Assembly: GCA_964460245.1 (NCBI GenBank)
Contig: CAYWTL010000003.1
Coordinates: 1 to 61,520, forward strand
Direction of reading: 5' to 3'
Origin: an uncultured Syntrophaceae bacterium
Lineage (GTDB): Bacteria; Desulfobacterota; Syntrophia; Syntrophales; Fen-1087
Length of the DNA: 61,520 nt
Below the pieces are notes generated by a model. It saw only the letters and a list, made by a program, of their open reading frames with translations, was not told where the DNA came from and did no database searches. The stretch's first letter is position 1. Each line of letters opens with the position of its first letter. A program made the position numbers and the translations under genes. Positions 57,016-61,520 of the stretch are shown here, in pieces.

Positions 57016-58374
57016 ATGACGAACAAGAAAACGATTCTGGTGGTGGATGACGACCTCGCCCACCGCACCATGCTCAAGACGCTGCTGTCCGGATGGGGCT
57101 ACAGCGTCACGGCGGCTGGCGACGGCGACGAGGCGGTCGCGCAGGTTCATGAAAGGCCCTTCGACCTGATCCTCATGGATGTCCGGATGATGAAGGTTTC
57201 GGGGCTTACGGCCCTTGCCGAGATCAAGGCCTTCAACCCCGCCATTCCCGTGGTCATCATGACGGCCTACGCATCCGTGGAAACCGCAAAGGAAGCCCTG
57301 AAAAAAGGGGCTTACGACTACCTGACCAAACCGCTGGACTTCGATGAGCTGCGCCTGATCATGGAGCGCGCCATGGAACACCGCCATCTGAAGGAGGAAA
57401 ACCGCCGGCTTCGGGAGAGCCTGGGCATCCGGTTCGATCCACGGAGCCTCATCGGACGGTCCCGGGCCATGACCGCCCTGATGGAGACGGTGGCGCAAGT
57501 GGCGCCCTCCGAGGCAACCGTCATGATCACGGGCGAATCCGGAACGGGCAAGGAGATGATTGCCGGGGCGATCCATTACAACAGCCTGCGCAAGGATGGC
57601 CCCTTCGTGAAGATCAACTGCGCCGCGATTACGGAAACCCTGCTGGAATCCGAGCTCTTCGGGCACGAGAAGGGTTCCTTCACCGGCGCCGACCGCCGCA
57701 AGGAGGGAAAATTCCGCCAGGCCGAAGGCGGCAGCATCTTTCTCGATGAAGTGAGCGAAATGTCCCTGGGCATGCAGGTCAAGCTGCTCCGGGTCCTGCA
57801 GGAACGGGAGCTGACCCGAGTGGGCGGGGACGATGTGATTCGGGTGAATGTGCGGGTGATCGCGGCCACGAACCGCAACCTTCTCCAGGACCTCGCGGCG
57901 GGACGCTTTCGGGAAGATCTCTACTACCGCCTGAACGTCGTCACGCTGCACCTTCCGCCGCTTCGGGAGCGCCGGGAGGACATCCCGCTGCTGGCGCAGC
58001 ATTTCCTGGCCCATTTTACCGAAATCAACCACAAGGCGATCAAGGGATTTACCCCGCAAGCGATGGACCGACTGTTGCGGTACGAATGGCCGGGAAATGT
58101 CCGGGAGCTGATGAATGCCGTGGAGCGGGGCGTCGTGCTGTCGCGGTCCGAGTACCTCGATGAGACGGAACTGCCGCTCCTCTCTGCTGATGAGGGTTCA
58201 GCCGGCAGGATGCAAATGCCGTCGCCGGGCGAAGCCTCGCTGGGCGAAATGGAGAAGACCACGATCCTCAAGACCCTGGAAGCCGCCGATGGCAATAAAA
58301 GCGAGGCCGCTCGCCGGCTGGGCATTACCCGGCGCACCCTGCACCAGAAGCTGAAAAAATGGGGGATGATGTAG
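57016..58374 (+). CDS. sigma54-dependent response regulator (NtrC/ZraR family bEBP)
   Basis: Receiver domain (VVDDD..D..MP), AAA+ with GESGTGKE and the GSFTGA sigma54-contact loop, and a C-terminal Fis-type HTH. Confidence 0.93.
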   Translation: MTNKKTILVVDDDLAHRTMLKTLLSGWGYSVTAAGDGDEAVAQVHERPFDLILMDVRMMKVSGLTALAEIKAFNPAIPVVIMTAYASVETAKEALKKGAYDYLTKPLDFDELRLIMERAMEHRHLKEENRRLRESLGIRFDPRSLIGRSRAMTALMETVAQVAPSEATVMITGESGTGKEMIAGAIHYNSLRKDGPFVKINCAAITETLLESELFGHEKGSFTGADRRKEGKFRQAEGGSIFLDEVSEMSLGMQVKLLRVLQERELTRVGGDDVIRVNVRVIAATNRNLLQDLAAGRFREDLYYRLNVVTLHLPPLRERREDIPLLAQHFLAHFTEINHKAIKGFTPQAMDRLLRYEWPGNVRELMNAVERGVVLSRSEYLDETELPLLSADEGSAGRMQMPSPGEASLGEMEKTTILKTLEAADGNKSEAARRLGITRRTLHQKLKKWGMM

Positions 58375-58411
58375 CGTCGCGGCGGACCTTTCATGAAGAC
58401 GGAACCCGGAC

Positions 58412-59344
58412 ATGCGAGATGTGAAGTACCGAGAAACGTTCCATAAAACCTTCCTGACGGCCATTTTTTGCCTCTGCTTCGTCAGCCTTCTGGGATGTGG
58501 TCTGATGTACTTCAGGCAGGAAAGTGTGATCTTCTATCCCGAGGTCCTTCCCACCGGCTTTCCGTTCTCCTTTCCGGATCGCTTTGAGGAGCTAACTTGG
58601 CCGGTCGAGGGCGCGGTGATCAGCGCGCTGCACTTCAAGGCGGAAAAGTCGAAGGGCACTGTCCTCTATTTCCACGGCAATGCGGGCAGCCTGAGGAGCT
58701 GGGGTGCGATCGCCCCGGATTTCACGGAACGCGGCTATGATGTGCTCATTCCGGACTACCGGGGGTTCGGGAAAAGCACGGGCCGGATCCGCAGTGAAGA
58801 AATGCTGTTACGGGACGCGGCGGTTGCCTACGAACATCTCCGGAAGGCCTATCCGGAAAACCGGATCATCCTCTACGGGCGGTCCATCGGCACCGGGCTG
58901 GCCGTTTACCTCGCGGCGGCAAACCGGCCGCGCATGGTGATCCTGGAGTCCCCCTATTACAGTCTTCTGGATCTGGCTGCCTACCACTACCCACTGGTCC
59001 CCCGGCCTTTGCTGCGCCTCCTGCATCGCTACCCCCTTCGGACGGACCAGTGGATTGCGACTGTGAGGTGCCCGGTTTATCTTTTTCACGGCGAACGGGA
59101 TGAAATCATTCCCCATTCGTCCAGTGTAAGGCTTCTCCCCCTGATCCGGTCCGAGCGCATGCTGACCACGATCCCGTTCGGCGGACACAACGACTTGGGC
59201 GAACATGACCTGTATCAACGGAAACTGGATCAGATACTGAGAGGGGTCGAATCGGGCGAGAAAGATGATGCGTCGCATGGCGGAGCAGGATCCGCTCCCG
59301 GGAAGGCGGAAGCCGGCCGGATGGAGGTGATGAAGGAATCATGA
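58412..59344 (+). CDS. membrane-anchored alpha/beta hydrolase (S9/S33-like)
   Basis: N-terminal TM, HGNAG oxyanion region, GRSIGTG nucleophile elbow, later D and H. Its stop overlaps the etfB ATG (ATGA). Confidence 0.8.
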   Translation: MRDVKYRETFHKTFLTAIFCLCFVSLLGCGLMYFRQESVIFYPEVLPTGFPFSFPDRFEELTWPVEGAVISALHFKAEKSKGTVLYFHGNAGSLRSWGAIAPDFTERGYDVLIPDYRGFGKSTGRIRSEEMLLRDAAVAYEHLRKAYPENRIILYGRSIGTGLAVYLAAANRPRMVILESPYYSLLDLAAYHYPLVPRPLLRLLHRYPLRTDQWIATVRCPVYLFHGERDEIIPHSSSVRLLPLIRSERMLTTIPFGGHNDLGEHDLYQRKLDQILRGVESGEKDDASHGGAGSAPGKAEAGRMEVMKES

Positions 59345-60117
59345 AATTGCTCGTCTGTGTCAGGCAGGTTCCCGATCCCGAATATCCGCTCCGAATCGAC
59401 GCTTCCCGAAAGTGGATCGAACCGCTACCGCGGGAGCGATACCGGATGAACCGCTATGATGAATTTGCTCTTGAGGAGGCCCTTCGCATCCGCGAGGCTT
59501 TTCCGGGCACCCGCATCGAAGCGCTCTCCGTAGGTCCGAAGAGAGCCGCCGGGACGGTGGAACGGGCTCTGGCAATGGGCGCGGACGAGGGTATCCACAT
59601 TCTCCTGGGTGACGAGCGCTACCGGATGCCCCAAGAAACGGCCGCGCTGATCGCCGCACATGCCGGGAGCGAGAACTATGACCTCATCCTGGCGGGAGTG
59701 ATGGCCGAAGATGACATGCAGGGCCAGGTTGGACCGATGATTGCGGCCCTGCTCGGCTATCCCTGGTCCACGGCAGTGATGTCCCAGAAACTCGCGCCGG
59801 ATGACCGTCGCATCGATGTGGAGCGGGAACTGGAGGGCGGACGGCGGGAGGCCGTTGCCCTGTCGCTGCCGGCCCTGCTGACGGTGCAGTCAGGCATCAA
59901 CCATCCCCGTTACCCGGCGCTTTCCCACGTGCTGCGGGCGAGATCACAGCCTCTGACCACGATCGACGAAAGAGCAATCGCGCCGCCGGAGGCCTGCGAG
60001 TCCGTGGTGTGCCTAGAGGAGCCGGTGCCTGCGGCCTCATGCACCTTTCTGACCGGCAGCGGGGAGCAAAAAGCGGGAGAGCTCGTACGGCTGTTGCGGG
60101 AGATGGCATTGTTATGA
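59341..60117 (+). CDS. etfB: electron transfer flavoprotein beta subunit
   Basis: 258 aa, MKLLVCVRQVPD.. typical EtfB/FixA. Confidence 0.9.
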   Translation: MKLLVCVRQVPDPEYPLRIDASRKWIEPLPRERYRMNRYDEFALEEALRIREAFPGTRIEALSVGPKRAAGTVERALAMGADEGIHILLGDERYRMPQETAALIAAHAGSENYDLILAGVMAEDDMQGQVGPMIAALLGYPWSTAVMSQKLAPDDRRIDVERELEGGRREAVALSLPALLTVQSGINHPRYPALSHVLRARSQPLTTIDERAIAPPEACESVVCLEEPVPAASCTFLTGSGEQKAGELVRLLREMALL

Positions 60118-61184
60118 GGATGTGCGGTCCAAAGCGAATCCTGGTGGTGTCCGAGCGGATGGAAGGTGCAATCCGGCCGGTGACCCTCGAGACCATTGCG
60201 TTTGCGCGCCGGCTCGCCGGCAGGCATTCCGCCGCCATTCAAATCGTCGTGCCCGGCGGGGACGTCCGGGATCTCGCAGGCGAATTGGCGGACCGGACGG
60301 GCCTCGATGCCATCGCACTCGAGGCGGAGAGCCTGGATCCTTACAACGCCGAGACCTGGCAGCAGGCTCTGACCGCGCTGATCCGGGAGCGGAAACCATC
60401 GCATATCTGCATTCCCCACACGTCCCGAGGCTGCGATTTCGCGCCGGCTCTCGCCGCCGGGATCAGGGCATCCTGCATCACCGCCGTCGAGGGCATCTGT
60501 GACGATCCGGATTCCCCGACCTTTGTCCGCTCGATTTTCAACGGGAGGATGCGGATGCGGGCACGTGCCGACCGGGACATCACCGTTCTGACCGTTCTGC
60601 CGGGCGCTTTCCCGGCCGAATCTCTCCCGGATCCGCTTCCTGAAAAACGGAAGGCGGCGGTGGAAATCCTGCAACTGAAGGCTTCCCCCCGGCGAACCCG
60701 TGCGCTCGGCATCCTGGCCGCAGGCGAGGAGAACCTCGACCTGGCTCTTGCCGATACGATCGTATCCGCGGGCCGTGGAATCGGAGGGGAGGAAAACCTT
60801 GCGCTGATCCGGCAACTGGCCGGCCTCTTTTCGAAGTCCGCCGTCGGCTGTTCGCGGACGGTCTGCGATCGCGGCTGGCTGGGTTACGCGCATCAGATCG
60901 GCCAAACGGGGAAAACGGTGTCTCCGAAACTCTACATCGCCTGCGGAATTTCCGGGGCTACGCAGCATGTGGCGGGCATGCGCGGATCGAATTACGTTGT
61001 TGCGATCAACACGGACCCCGGCGCGGCGATTTTTCGGGCGGCCCACGTCGGGATCGTGGAAGACCTGAAGACGTTCATCCCGTTGGTTGTCGACCGCTCC
61101 CGTCCTTTTTCCGGGAGTCCCGTCACAACCGGTGATTCCGGAACCGCGGCCACTGGAGGGAATGCGACCGGGATGGGATCATGA
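60114..61184 (+). CDS. etfA: electron transfer flavoprotein alpha subunit
   Basis: Start at ATG 60114 (ATGA overlap with the etfB stop). The C-terminal FAD-binding region has ..VSPKLYIACGISGATQH..G. A Gly/Thr-rich C-terminal tail follows. Confidence 0.88.
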   Translation: MRMCGPKRILVVSERMEGAIRPVTLETIAFARRLAGRHSAAIQIVVPGGDVRDLAGELADRTGLDAIALEAESLDPYNAETWQQALTALIRERKPSHICIPHTSRGCDFAPALAAGIRASCITAVEGICDDPDSPTFVRSIFNGRMRMRARADRDITVLTVLPGAFPAESLPDPLPEKRKAAVEILQLKASPRRTRALGILAAGEENLDLALADTIVSAGRGIGGEENLALIRQLAGLFSKSAVGCSRTVCDRGWLGYAHQIGQTGKTVSPKLYIACGISGATQHVAGMRGSNYVVAINTDPGAAIFRAAHVGIVEDLKTFIPLVVDRSRPFSGSPVTTGDSGTAATGGNATGMGS

Positions 61185-61520
61185 CGTGCCGGGAGCGGAT
61201 GCCTCAGGTTGGCCGACGGTCACGCAGGGGAAACAAAGGATCACCTCCGTGCCGGCGCCGGGCCGGCTGCGAATGTCCATCCGGCCGCCGTGGATTTTCA
61301 TGATGTCCTGCACGATCGCGAGCCCCAGCCCGCGCAGCCCTTCATCGGTATGGGTGCTGAAGAAAGGCTCGCAGATTTTTTCCAGCAGTGCCGCCGGGAT
61401 GCCCGGCCCGTTGTCCGCGACCGCGACGGCAACCTCCTGACACGGCTTTTCGGCGGAGGCGGAAAGGACGATCTCGCCGCCCCCCGGCATGGCTTCCACG
61501 GCATTCTGGACCAGATTGAA
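61179..61520 (-). CDS. sensor histidine kinase, C-terminal HATPase part only (continues beyond the window end)
   Basis: ..NLVQNAVEAMP.. DNGPGIP .. GLGLAIV .. HGG motifs. Its 3' end overlaps the etfA stop by 6 nt in convergent orientation. Confidence 0.8.
   Translation of the reverse strand, partial: FNLVQNAVEAMPGGGEIVLSASAEKPCQEVAVAVADNGPGIPAALLEKICEPFFSTHTDEGLRGLGLAIVQDIMKIHGGRMDIRSRPGAGTEVILCFPCVTVGQPEASAPGTS

Overview
GC-rich, densely packed chromosomal segment with about 70 genes. It looks like an anaerobic, sigma54-using, selenocysteine-decoding deltaproteobacterium-like organism; that taxonomy is inference only. Most of the window is recognisable housekeeping: partial tRNA-Gly, hisD, murA, prmC, prfA, rpmE, rho, pgeF, rluD, selA, def, a polar amino-acid ABC importer, gcvT-gcvH-gcvPA, ribF, nfi, an AsmA-family giant, pyrE, tonB, a split methionine synthase, leuB/D/C, a MacAB-TolC-type efflux operon, a Spy/ZraP-like protein with a histidine kinase and a sigma54 activator, and etfBA. 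Many adjacent genes overlap by ATGA stop/start: selA-rluD-pgeF, leuC-leuD, tolC-macA, tlpA-25819, hydrolase-etfB-etfA and 33247/33250. I saw no CRISPR array, transposase, integrase or phage genes. The strongest hunt result is a small gene the ORF track cannot show. It is a glutaredoxin/NrdH-like CDS (22956-23162, minus) with an in-frame TGA exactly at the redox-Cys position. It sits between a stand-alone cNMP-binding protein and a rubrerythrin-like protein, in the same window as selA. The second point of interest is a lower-GC stretch at about 27.9-34.1 kb. It encodes only exported proteins of unknown function: a sigma54-promoted Lys/Ala-rich secreted protein, a duplicated-domain lipoprotein with an Asp5-Tyr-His4 tract, a Trp/Arg/Tyr/Pro-rich protein, and a translationally coupled lipoprotein plus 747-aa protein. 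All promoters, terminators and hairpins were called by eye and are unverified. The ORF track also uses GTG and TTG starts, so several ORF starts were trimmed to internal ATGs with better Shine-Dalgarno (SD) sequences or ATGA coupling.
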